Below the pieces are notes generated by a model. The model saw only the letters and a program-made list of their open reading frames with translations. It did no database searches and was not told where the DNA came from. From Blastocatellia bacterium (GTDB taxonomy: Bacteria > Acidobacteriota > Blastocatellia > Pyrinomonadales > Pyrinomonadaceae): a DNA stretch of 64,000 nucleotides. A program made the position numbers and the translations under genes. Below are positions 29,594 through 38,088 of the stretch, piece after piece. Within the stretch, counting starts at the first letter, position 1. The number at the start of each line of letters is the position of its first letter. The stretch lies in the NCBI GenBank assembly GCA_033856235.1, contig JAWVFI010000078.1:6062-70061 (forward strand). Direction: 5' to 3'.

Positions 29594-31987
29594 ATGGCAT
29601 TCAGCGATCAATCAGTTCTCAACCTAGACGGAAAGGATCCCGTTCCCGCGGCGGATCCTGTGTCCTCCGAGTCATCAGCCAGCGACGCTAAGGGAAAAGG
29701 TTTGGGCGAATCAGATGGCCCTCAACGAGTTTCGAGTCTCCCTGAACTATTCTCTTCGCCAGATGAGAGGAAGGAGATCGCTGTTGGGCTTGCGCTGGCC
29801 GGAAGCACACTGGAAGAAGCTCTTCGACATGTGCAAAGCTTCTACTCTACTTTGCAGCAGAGAATTGAAAAGGCCTATCACGCGCGATTGGCGCGCATAG
29901 GGGACGTCATCAGCAATCGCAAGACCGAGCTAGAAGAACGGCAGACAATTGCGAATAACAGTAAAAAGGAGCTTGAGACGCTGCGCATCGAACATGGCGA
30001 AGTAGAAAAAACAATACCGTTACTGGAACAACAAAACGGAGATGCTTGGCAGAAGATTCTCCACCATCGCTTCGAAACTGGAAGACAGTTTTTTGAGAAC
30101 CAGGAAGAACATCTTGAAGGCCTATTGAAGGATAACCGAAAAGCAATTCTAGCTGAGATCGACGCCCAAATTGAGATAGATCAGAAAATATACGAGATAC
30201 AGAAAACGAATCGCGATATTAATCGCAGTGAGTTCGAACGACGCGTCGAGCTGTGCAAGGAAGAAAAAACTAAGATTGAGAAACAAATTGAAGATGCCGT
30301 CAAATACACTGATAACCTCAAGACCATCGGCGTAACCCGGACGAGCGCCACGTTTCTGTTTGTTGCTGGATTTATTTCCATCGCCGGCGTTGGAAGTGTG
30401 ATTTCCAGTCTCTTACAAGGTCGTGAGCCAGGGGATGATTTGCTATCCAGGATTATCGGTAACCTCGATTTGATCGTGGGCGGACTGATTCCGGAACGAT
30501 TTGCACCCTTTAGAGCGCCTTTAAAACCATTCCTGTTTATAGTTTTACTCTTGCTTTTCCTGATCGTCTTCTACGTTGTTATTCGGTTTATGGACTGGCT
30601 CCTCAGAAAGTTTGATCTAAAAGGCTGGACCGGAGAGTCAGATGAAGACAGAGAATCTGACAAGGCAAACCGCGGAAACAAAACGCTGCACGAACAATTC
30701 ACTGGGTTTACTTCTTCAGCATTGAGTATTAAGTCGCAGCTTTCTAACTTCATTTCACTGGATTTGCAACGGAAAGACTACACAAAACTATTAGCCTCTT
30801 TCCCTTACTTGTTTCTTGGGGGAATTATCGTTTTTCTGTTTTCGGGAGTTGACAGTAATGGGAAAGTTTTGAGCTTAACCACTGCCTATGTTGGTGTCAT
30901 CTTCGCGCTTTTGGCCACCTCTGTTTCGGTTCTCTACGTAACAAAAGTAATTGAGCCGCGATGGGATCTCGCCGCGCGTACTCGAGGCAACCCTTCCCCC
31001 GTAGACGGCAATAACGAGCCAAAACAAAAGCGGGCCTTTGCTCGTTTTGTCGGAATCAACAGGGAGCTTGGTGCGCTGTTTCTGTTAATGGTTCTTTCAC
31101 TGATAGCTGCTGCCTTTATACCGACCCAGGATCAAGGCTGGAGATACTTTAGCGGCAACCAAATGAACTTGATTGTTTGGGGCCTCGTTGCTGTTTTCAT
31201 GTGTCTAAGCTCACTCGGTTTGGCCTATGGAATTATTCAAAGGGGCCTTTTCAGGGATGTAGATCATCTAATTCGAAGGCGTAATGAGTATCGGACCCTG
31301 ATTGAGAAATTTAGCATGCAGCCCGTGGTGGGAGGAGTGGGCTACGGCCGAAGTTATGGGACTGACTCGAGATCATCAAATTATTCAGATCTTTTGCAAA
31401 ACTTAGAGGAGCAGAGGCTCTGGTATGAAATGAATGAGATATTTGGAGACGATTTTGAATTCAACGAAAATCCTCCTGAAGATAAATCTCTACGTTCGCT
31501 TTGGTTTGTACTTCGTAAGCCAAAGAGAAAGGCGAGGCGCCCGTGGTTAGGCCTGCGGTTCAAGAAAGAGATAGCAACTGAGCCTCGAGTAATGGATTTT
31601 TCGGTAGCCCCTGAAGAGACAAAAGCTTTCATAACCACACGAGAAGATATAAAACGCCACCAAGCTAAAAAGGGTGAACTAACCGATCGGATCAAATTGC
31701 TTGTCGAGAAGATTAATTCACTTCATCCGGAATTGACAGATCTGCGATTAGGCAACATTGCTGACGAAGCACTCAAACGCAGCATCGAACAAGACTTGGA
31801 GAGTGAACTTACTTCCTTGATCATGGCGAGGGAAAAAGATTTGATGGAGTTCAGGGGAAGTTTCGCAATTGGATTTGTAGCTCGTAACCTTCTTAAAAAG
31901 GAAGGGGTCCTTCCAGGAGACTTAGCTTCCGAGAGAGAGCCTTATCAAAAGGTGGAAAACCCACAACCCAGCCCAACAGGGGTGTAG
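29594..31987 (+). CDS. Hypothetical 797-aa polytopic membrane protein with long N- and C-terminal coiled-coil regions
   Basis: About 250 aa of heptad-like Glu/Lys/Gln-rich sequence, then about six hydrophobic helices (e.g. FLFIVLLLLFLIVFYVVIRF, LIVWGLVAVFMCLSSLGLAYGII), then about 230 aa of charged helical tail. I see no catalytic motif. GC is low relative to flanks. Confidence 0.7.
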   Translation: MAFSDQSVLNLDGKDPVPAADPVSSESSASDAKGKGLGESDGPQRVSSLPELFSSPDERKEIAVGLALAGSTLEEALRHVQSFYSTLQQRIEKAYHARLARIGDVISNRKTELEERQTIANNSKKELETLRIEHGEVEKTIPLLEQQNGDAWQKILHHRFETGRQFFENQEEHLEGLLKDNRKAILAEIDAQIEIDQKIYEIQKTNRDINRSEFERRVELCKEEKTKIEKQIEDAVKYTDNLKTIGVTRTSATFLFVAGFISIAGVGSVISSLLQGREPGDDLLSRIIGNLDLIVGGLIPERFAPFRAPLKPFLFIVLLLLFLIVFYVVIRFMDWLLRKFDLKGWTGESDEDRESDKANRGNKTLHEQFTGFTSSALSIKSQLSNFISLDLQRKDYTKLLASFPYLFLGGIIVFLFSGVDSNGKVLSLTTAYVGVIFALLATSVSVLYVTKVIEPRWDLAARTRGNPSPVDGNNEPKQKRAFARFVGINRELGALFLLMVLSLIAAAFIPTQDQGWRYFSGNQMNLIVWGLVAVFMCLSSLGLAYGIIQRGLFRDVDHLIRRRNEYRTLIEKFSMQPVVGGVGYGRSYGTDSRSSNYSDLLQNLEEQRLWYEMNEIFGDDFEFNENPPEDKSLRSLWFVLRKPKRKARRPWLGLRFKKEIATEPRVMDFSVAPEETKAFITTREDIKRHQAKKGELTDRIKLLVEKINSLHPELTDLRLGNIADEALKRSIEQDLESELTSLIMAREKDLMEFRGSFAIGFVARNLLKKEGVLPGDLASEREPYQKVENPQPSPTGV

Positions 31988-32031
31988 CGAAGGGCTGGTG
32001 AGGGTTTGAGCGAAGGTAAATAGGATTTGGC

Positions 32032-33609
32032 ATGACAACACCGACTGACAATAACGGCTCTGGATCAACCATTGGCTCACGAAATGAGGAGAACGGAAGG
32101 GTCCGGGAGCCGACGCGTGAAAACTTCAATCGAATCCAACGAGCTTACGCAAAGGTTGCGGAGATCATACGACGTCTACAGCGAAATGAGCATCGACGTT
32201 TCGATATTGACGGTGATCAACTAAAAGAGTTACTTGCTGAACTCGCTAAGACTGAGAATGAAGCGACAGATACCGGCAAGAAGTTTATTAGGCCTGAATA
32301 TCCCGAAAACCCCCAAGATCGAACGGACTATCCCGACCCATCCGACGGCAACAACCGAAATTATAGAAAGCCCCCATACGCATACATAGACGAGGAGTGG
32401 CATTTGGGATGGACAGATGGTCGAGTCGGCCAACCGCCACGTCTCAATAAGGACATTGTAGAAGCTCGTGTTCGGACGGAGGCCGCCGAAGCACTGCTTT
32501 CGACCCAGGCCAAGATGGCCAGTAAGGAGACAACAATAGCGGGTCTGAGCGATCTACTTGATAAGAGAAAAGTGCGGCTAGAGTCCAAAGAAGACTTTTA
32601 CAATAAACTCTCTGACAAACGTAACCGAAACTACCTTGAGTTCTCCCGGTCTCTGGGCTACCTATATCTATTCTTCGCAATACTCCTGTTCTTAGCCGAT
32701 ATTCCCCTATCGCTAAAGCTTGTTGCTTCCGGTTTTCAAGTGCCAGTAGAGGCCGACCTGCCTGCCGGTGTTGCGCCCATTGGCTCGAGTACCAAGTTGC
32801 TCATAGATCACTTGTTGTTTCACCCGTGGGTTGTACTTGGAAATTTTTGGGAGTCGTTAGCGCTCGCCGCAGGGATCGCGTTCGTCGGCATTATTGTCAA
32901 ATACTATGTGGATCTAATTGTTTTGCGAGACGCGGAAACACCCGGGCCAAAAAAGCTGGCAATCGTGGTACTCACTGTAATCCTTTTCGGTTTTGTTACG
33001 ACAATTTTTTTCCTTGGTAACTTTCGTGCGGAACAGCAATCACAGGCCGTACGCCGCCAAGTAGAAACCAACTTGAGAAACGAAAATGAGGCTAACAAGA
33101 TTTTCAACAGCGGTAACCCTAATGCTTTGAGGAAGATCTTTCGAGAGAACGAGATTACTGAGGAAGTGACGAAGAGGTTCAATGATACGCAGGCCCTATC
33201 GGGAAGCAAATGGCTTATTCAAACTTTCATCGCTCTGACCCTATTACTCCCCATTGTCGGAGGCGTTTGCTTTTCTGCGAGCGGCAGCAAGTTGAGAAAT
33301 GCCAAGCAGTATTGGTTTGCCCTCCTGGATTACAAGAAGCTTGAAATTGAGTGCGACAAGTTGAGTCTCTCATTGAAGAAGGAAGAGGGAGATCTCCAAG
33401 GGCTACGTGAGAACCTGAAGCAAATCTTGGGTGATCCGGACCGCCTAAAAAGCCGGGCGGAACTGAAGCTGGGCTTATACCTTCACGGCTACGCACGTGG
33501 TCAGACAGTCCCGGAAACACTTGAAGAGGGAGCCAGCTTGTACGAGCGTTGCGAGAAAACGGTCACGAAACTGTTAGCAAAGAAATCACGGGAACGATTT
33601 GAAAGCTAA
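32032..33609 (+). CDS. Hypothetical 525-aa membrane protein with coiled-coil flanks
   Basis: About 205 aa of charged N-terminus, four hydrophobic helices (LGYLYLFFAILLFLADIPLSL, LALAAGIAFVGIIVKYYV, LAIVVLTVILFGFVTTIFFL, LIQTFIALTLLLPIVGGV), then a coiled-coil C-terminus. It starts 44 nt after the previous gene, with aggat before the ATG. Confidence 0.7.
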   Translation: MTTPTDNNGSGSTIGSRNEENGRVREPTRENFNRIQRAYAKVAEIIRRLQRNEHRRFDIDGDQLKELLAELAKTENEATDTGKKFIRPEYPENPQDRTDYPDPSDGNNRNYRKPPYAYIDEEWHLGWTDGRVGQPPRLNKDIVEARVRTEAAEALLSTQAKMASKETTIAGLSDLLDKRKVRLESKEDFYNKLSDKRNRNYLEFSRSLGYLYLFFAILLFLADIPLSLKLVASGFQVPVEADLPAGVAPIGSSTKLLIDHLLFHPWVVLGNFWESLALAAGIAFVGIIVKYYVDLIVLRDAETPGPKKLAIVVLTVILFGFVTTIFFLGNFRAEQQSQAVRRQVETNLRNENEANKIFNSGNPNALRKIFRENEITEEVTKRFNDTQALSGSKWLIQTFIALTLLLPIVGGVCFSASGSKLRNAKQYWFALLDYKKLEIECDKLSLSLKKEEGDLQGLRENLKQILGDPDRLKSRAELKLGLYLHGYARGQTVPETLEEGASLYERCEKTVTKLLAKKSRERFES

Positions 33610-33623
33610 GGAATACAAGAGCC

Positions 33624-34490
33624 ATGCCCTCGGGGGATAATACAAACAAGAAACGTCTTCAAAGGATGGTCGGAATCGCCTTTTTGGTGGTAGCGGTATG
33701 TAGCTCGCTTGCCTGTCCCACACCGCGGCCCCCTATCAAAACTGAGGCACCGCCTGTTTTCCTCTTGATTCTTGTGGACGTAACTCGAAGTTTGGAAAAG
33801 AGCGAAGTGCGACAGGTGGCAAAACTTGCATCTGATGTTCTCGATAGGTTTCCGGCCAATACTGACTACACGATCTATCCAATTCAGTGGGAAACCCAAA
33901 AGCCAACGGCCGTTGACGAAGGACATCCTCGAAGCAGTTCCCAGCCATTGACCGAGGATGAGAAAGGAGCACGCCGTAAGCGTATTGACGAGAAGATAGA
34001 AAGGTATTTCACCAACGTTAATGAGAAACAGCCGACTGACCGTTCGTGCATTTTAAATACGTTACATTTAGCCGACAAACACTTTTACCAAGCTACGGGC
34101 GGGTCGCCCGGGGACCCCACTAAGCAACCTTGCATGGAAATGGTGATTATCAGCGATATGATTGAACAGTGCGCTATTAACCCATCCAACCAAGGAATAG
34201 ACCTGCAGGAAATTCCAATTTCAGAGGCTTTAGAGTTGGTTAAGCAAATACCATCGCTACCCAATCTGTCTCGTCTACATATCTCAGTAATAATTCCAAC
34301 AGCAGAAGATGCGACGCCGTACGCGAGGAACAGACCCAGTTTAGGCGATCTCGAAACTTTCTGGAACGCGGTCTTTTTGCGCTGCGGTTTCAAACAGGAA
34401 GATCTTAGAGGCTTCAACTGGCTTCCCACAGTGCCAGCAAGATTTCAACAGGTCTGTCAGCCATCCCCAAGTCCCACTCCTAGCAACTAA
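33624..34490 (+). CDS. Hypothetical secreted/lipoprotein with a vWA-like (MIDAS-like) core
   Basis: Signal peptide with Cys26/Cys31. VFLLILVDVTRS (D-x-T-x-S), CILNTLHLA (Thr) and MVIISDMIEQ (Asp) are spaced as in a vWA MIDAS. It starts 14 nt after the previous stop, with aagga before the ATG. Confidence 0.6.
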   Translation: MPSGDNTNKKRLQRMVGIAFLVVAVCSSLACPTPRPPIKTEAPPVFLLILVDVTRSLEKSEVRQVAKLASDVLDRFPANTDYTIYPIQWETQKPTAVDEGHPRSSSQPLTEDEKGARRKRIDEKIERYFTNVNEKQPTDRSCILNTLHLADKHFYQATGGSPGDPTKQPCMEMVIISDMIEQCAINPSNQGIDLQEIPISEALELVKQIPSLPNLSRLHISVIIPTAEDATPYARNRPSLGDLETFWNAVFLRCGFKQEDLRGFNWLPTVPARFQQVCQPSPSPTPSN

Positions 34491-34527
34491 ATATCGTGTA
34501 CACGATATATGATTCAGACAACAGATC

Positions 34528-34561
34528 GCAAAGGGCCGTTTGACGGCCCTTTGGAGTTTTT
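34528..34561 (+). terminator. Intrinsic terminator closing the low-GC three-gene operon
   Basis: caaagggccg-tttga-cggccctttg, followed by gagtttttt. It is preceded by the small palindrome atatcgtgtacacgatat, directly after the stop codon. Confidence 0.75.
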
Positions 34562-34606
34562 GCTTTAGGGAGTCTCCGCCGTTTTCTGTCGGGAGACTTT
34601 CCGGGG

Positions 34607-34981
34607 TTAAGTGGTTGGTGGTTTGCCCGGGCCCTTCCGGGTGGGGTTTTTGTATTCGGACTTCTTTTTGAGTTTCATGGCCTGGACTTCGTTGGAGTCT
34701 TTGCCGAATTGGGCGGTGACCTGGTCTTTGGCGCCGAGCAGGGCGTTGTGGAGTTCCCATTGCACCGCAACGTGGTTGTCGCGGGCGGATTCGGCGGCGG
34801 CGGACGTCTGGACTTCGGTGTCGGCGGCCGTGGCGCGCCGAGCGTCGATGGCCGCAATGGCATTGACCGTGTACGCCGGGTTCGCCGGCGCGTAATTATT
34901 GATGTCTTTTAGAGCTGCCAGAATTTCCTGGTCCTGCGCGATGGCTGCCGGGCTGAGTCGGCGAGTTTCGTTTTTACCCAT
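34607..34981 (-). CDS. Hypothetical protein (124 aa)
   Basis: The ORF has host-like GC and runs convergent to the low-GC operon. I recognise no motif. Overlapping alternative-frame ORFs look like GC artefacts. Confidence 0.45.
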   Translation of the reverse strand: MGKNETRRLSPAAIAQDQEILAALKDINNYAPANPAYTVNAIAAIDARRATAADTEVQTSAAAESARDNHVAVQWELHNALLGAKDQVTAQFGKDSNEVQAMKLKKKSEYKNPTRKGPGKPPTT

Positions 34982-35100
34982 GAGTCTGTTCTCCTAGAGG
35001 ATGTAAGGATGGTAAAGCCGTTATGAGTTGGGCGCAGTGTACGCTTCGCGCGATCTTTGCACTATCGGGATTTTCCTTAGCAAAAACGTTGAATTGAGTT

Positions 35101-35335
35101 AATTGTCGCGCTTGACTGCAAGGGATTCACGCGTGCTTCGCTTGCATGCAGCCTTGCTTCCATTGCATTCACGCGCAGCTCCTTTGCAATCATCGCTGCT
35201 TCGATTGCATTCGGGCCTGCTTCCATTGGAGGGTCCGGTTGATTGCGTTGGATACAGGCCTGGTTGCGTTCGATGTGGGCTGTGGTTCCTTTGCAATCAG
35301 TGATGAATGGATTGCATTCTCAAAGGACGCAAACC
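35101..35335. repeat. Degenerate ATTGCA/TTGCAAT-rich repeat region
   Basis: Recurring units ttgcttccattgcattc, tttgcaatcatcgctgcttcgattgcattc, tgcttccattgga, gattgcgttgga and tttgcaatcag...ggattgcattc. No credible ORF. Confidence 0.6.
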
Positions 35336-35368
35336 CTTTGAAAGACCGGCTTGGCCTAAGCGCCGAAG

Positions 35369-35582
35369 CTGCGAAATGCAATAGCCTGGGCCAGCGGCCC
35401 AGGGGAGGATCGAGGGTCAACACGCGAGCGCTGAAAGTGCGAAATAGTCACCGTTGGGGATGTCGTTGCGCCTGTCGATTTCGCGCCTTCAGCGCTTATC
35501 GGATCCACGGCTGAACGCCCCAGGCCGTTGGCCTGGGCTTTTACATTTCGCCCCGTTGGCGCCGAGAGCCGGCACTTTCAGC
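35369..35582. repeat. Composite palindromic element (GCGAAAT..CCTGGGCCAGCGGCCCAGG and GCTGAAAGTGC units in both orientations)
   Basis: ctgcgaaatgcaatagcctgggccagcggcccagggga (35369-35406) pairs with gccccaggccgttggcctgggcttttacatttcgcc (35517-35552). gcgctgaaagtgcgaaat (35428-) pairs with atttcgcgccttcagcgc (35478-35495). A third unit ends at 35582. Confidence 0.75.
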
Positions 35583-35615
35583 AGTGCATGGGCCTTGATG
35601 TCCTTGTCCTCTCGC

Positions 35616-35687
35616 ACACTTACGATCACTAAGCATCACGATTCACGAAATTTCACGAATCTCACGAAGACACACGAACCAACGCAC
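35616..35687. repeat. CACGAAx-word tract (single arm)
   Basis: catcacgattcacgaaatttcacgaatctcacgaagacacacgaaccaacgcac. It uses the same word as 25407-25513 and 42096-42202, with no obvious partner arm. Confidence 0.65.
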
Positions 35688-35721
35688 AGCGGGAGGGCCT
35701 TCTGGCAAAGTGCGGCATGGC

Positions 35722-35751
35722 AAAAAAAAGAGGCGGGCGTTAGCCCGCCTC
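35722..35751 (-). terminator. Intrinsic terminator of the S46 peptidase gene
   Basis: On the minus strand gaggcgggc-taac-gcccgcctc is followed by T8 (the plus-strand A run at 35722-35729). It lies 59 nt downstream of the stop. Confidence 0.8.
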
Positions 35752-35809
35752 TAAAAGGTTTGGGAAGTGTGTGGAAAGAAAAGCAAAGAGGACAGGCAGG
35801 AATGCTGTC

Positions 35810-37897
35810 CTACTTGGCTACTAGTTCGTCGGCGATGGCGTTGGCGTTGAAGACGTTGCGTAAGACTTCCAGCATGCCTCGGGAGTCAACGCTGATTGCT
35901 CGGTTAACGCTTTCGTCGTAGTAGAAGTCGCCTACCAAACTCTGGATGTTGCCATCGAAGATTAGGCCTACCAGTTCGGCGTTCTTGTTAATCGTGGGCG
36001 AGCCGCTGTTGCCGCCGATGATGTCGTTCGTGGAGACGAAGTTGAAAGGCGTCTTCAGATTGATTGAAGATTTCTTCTCCAGCCATCGCGGCGGCAGGTT
36101 GTACGGGAACGCTGATTTGAATTGAGTCGAACGATCGAAAAGGCCGCCAAGGGTTGTGAAGGGCGCGATCTTTTTGCCGTTTTCCGTGTAGCCTTTTACG
36201 GCGCCGTACGAGAGGCGCAGAGTGAACGTGGCGTCGGGATAGAGCTTGGTGCCTTCGCTTTCGAAACGGGCCTTTGCGATTCTGGCGTAGTTGGCGCGCT
36301 CGACGCCGGTGACTTCGCTTTCGTAACGCGTGCGTAGTTCGCGCGCGCGATTATCGATGAGGCGGGCCAACACGATCATCGGGTCGGTGGAAGCGTTGAT
36401 GGCCTGGCTGCCGCCGGCGGCCAGCTCTCTGCGGTAAGCGACGTCTTTCAGTTTCGTGCCATCAATCAATTCGGCGGCGCGAACTTCGGGAGTGTCGCCG
36501 TCCAGGATTTGCTTAGCCAGCGGGTTATCGGCGCCGAGCAACTCCACCATGAAGGCGAGGGAGTCGGCCAGCTTCAGCTTCTCGAAGTCGTCATGGATTG
36601 GCGCCGGTGAATATAGCGCTAACTCCAGCGAGGCGCGGCGCGCGTCGGTGAACTCGGGCAACCGCTGTGCGTTCGGCTTTTCACTTTCGGCGGCGAGGCG
36701 CACCAGGGTGCGCGCGATCCCGAAGTAAGCGGTGTTGAACCCGTTGCCCTGATCGAAAATCCGTCTTTCGCGAATGTAGGAAGGCAGGCCGGCATGTGCT
36801 TTGGCAATTGCGTCCCAGGCCTCGCCGTACATCTTCTGCCGTTCCGGATTCGTGGAAATGGCCTTGCGCAAGATGGCCTCGCCAAATTCCTTGCGATTCA
36901 TCAATTGTTTGTCTTTCAAACCGGCGAGCTGACCGCGATAAACTTTCAGGCTGTTCTGCACGCTGTTCAGTTCGTTCTGGGCCTGGCGCGATTGCTCTTC
37001 ACCGAGGGCCATATATGTTTTCAACATGGCTTCGCGGCGTTCCAACAAACGAGTGACGAGCGGGATGCTGGTATCGCGCAGTTCTCTCAGATGCGCAGCG
37101 GTGTTCAGGCGGGCCGTTGAGCCGGGATGGCCGGTAACAAACACGAGCTCGTTTTCTTTCGCGCCCGCGGTGGACCATTTCAGGTAACTCTGCGGATGCA
37201 CCGGCTGGTCGTTCTCGTAAACTCGCACGAGGGACATGTCGATGTTGAAACGCGGAAAATTGAAGTTGTCGGGGTCGCCGCCAAAGAAGGCGGCCTGAAA
37301 CTCCGGCACGAACACCAGGCGCACGTCGGTATATTTCTTGTAGCGATAGAGATTGTATTGGCCACCCTGATAGAGCGTGACTACGTCGGACCGGAACCCC
37401 GTGTCTTTGGTGGATTCGGCTTCGACGGCGGCGATTTCCGCGCGACGGGCGGTGAACGCTTCGGCATCGGAAGAGCCTGCTTTGACAGCGCCGTTGATGC
37501 GGGCGGTGACGTCTTCGATGCTTTCCAGGACATTCAGCTCCAGGCTGGGCGCTTTGATTTCTTCGGCGCGGGTGCGGGCGACGAAGCCTTCCTTGGCCAA
37601 ATCTTTCGTCGGCGTGCTGACTTCGCCGACAATGTCTTCGACGATGTGATAGTTGGTGAGCACCAGGCCGTCGCGCGAAACGAACGAGCCGGAGCCACCG
37701 TTGTTGAAACGCACGGAAGCGAGCTGGACCTTCTTCAGCCAGTCGTCGGTCACATCGAAGCCGTACTTGGCTTTGATTTCTGCGCGCGGTACGTTATTGA
37801 AAGTCCACATGCCTTCGTCGGCGCGGGCGGCGAACTGCAAAGACTGGAGCGAAAAGAGCGCAACGATGACGGCGCACAGAAGTTTTCTTAATCTCAT
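35810..37897 (-). CDS. S46 family dipeptidyl-peptidase (DPP7/DPP11-like serine peptidase)
   Basis: Signal peptide, then ADEGMWTFNN, VLTNYHIV (catalytic His region) and GGNSGSPTINKNAELVGLIFDGN (catalytic Ser); 695 aa. Confidence 0.9.
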   Translation of the reverse strand: MRLRKLLCAVIVALFSLQSLQFAARADEGMWTFNNVPRAEIKAKYGFDVTDDWLKKVQLASVRFNNGGSGSFVSRDGLVLTNYHIVEDIVGEVSTPTKDLAKEGFVARTRAEEIKAPSLELNVLESIEDVTARINGAVKAGSSDAEAFTARRAEIAAVEAESTKDTGFRSDVVTLYQGGQYNLYRYKKYTDVRLVFVPEFQAAFFGGDPDNFNFPRFNIDMSLVRVYENDQPVHPQSYLKWSTAGAKENELVFVTGHPGSTARLNTAAHLRELRDTSIPLVTRLLERREAMLKTYMALGEEQSRQAQNELNSVQNSLKVYRGQLAGLKDKQLMNRKEFGEAILRKAISTNPERQKMYGEAWDAIAKAHAGLPSYIRERRIFDQGNGFNTAYFGIARTLVRLAAESEKPNAQRLPEFTDARRASLELALYSPAPIHDDFEKLKLADSLAFMVELLGADNPLAKQILDGDTPEVRAAELIDGTKLKDVAYRRELAAGGSQAINASTDPMIVLARLIDNRARELRTRYESEVTGVERANYARIAKARFESEGTKLYPDATFTLRLSYGAVKGYTENGKKIAPFTTLGGLFDRSTQFKSAFPYNLPPRWLEKKSSINLKTPFNFVSTNDIIGGNSGSPTINKNAELVGLIFDGNIQSLVGDFYYDESVNRAISVDSRGMLEVLRNVFNANAIADELVAK

Positions 37898-37956
37898 GAT
37901 GACCTCTCGGAAGATGATTTGTTGGGAGAAGTTAATATTAAACGGTAAATGGGAAA

Positions 37957-38070
37957 AACAGAAGCCTGACCGTCAGGGAGGGCTCCCTCGGGACTCGAAT
38001 GGCCCTTGTCGAAGCTGGGGCCCTTTCAACACCATCGTAGGGAGCCCTCCCTAACGGTCGGGCTTCTGTT
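37957..38070. repeat. Palindromic doublet, family E (AACAGAAGCCYGACCGTYAGGGAGGGCTCCCT)
   Basis: aacagaagcctgaccgtcagggagggctccctc (37957-37989) pairs with gtagggagccctccctaacggtcgggcttctgtt (38038-38070). The right arm carries a GTAG head. Confidence 0.85.
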
Positions 38071-38088
38071 GTACCATTTCACCAACCA

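Noticed and set aside
29302-34561. A classical integrative island or prophage remnant as the explanation for the low-GC operon.
   Set aside because: I could find no integrase, transposase, tRNA attachment site or flanking direct repeats. The region contains only three genes. Horizontal origin is still likely from composition, but the vehicle is not evident.
35099-35921. Several 60-155-aa ORFs (35099-35296, 35103-35303, 35146-35514, 35190-35423, 35454-35921) in the long spacer.
   Set aside because: They overlap each other in different frames, are translated from repeat elements (peptides such as GRWPGLLHFAP), and lack starts with ribosome-binding context. I treat the region as non-coding repeat DNA.
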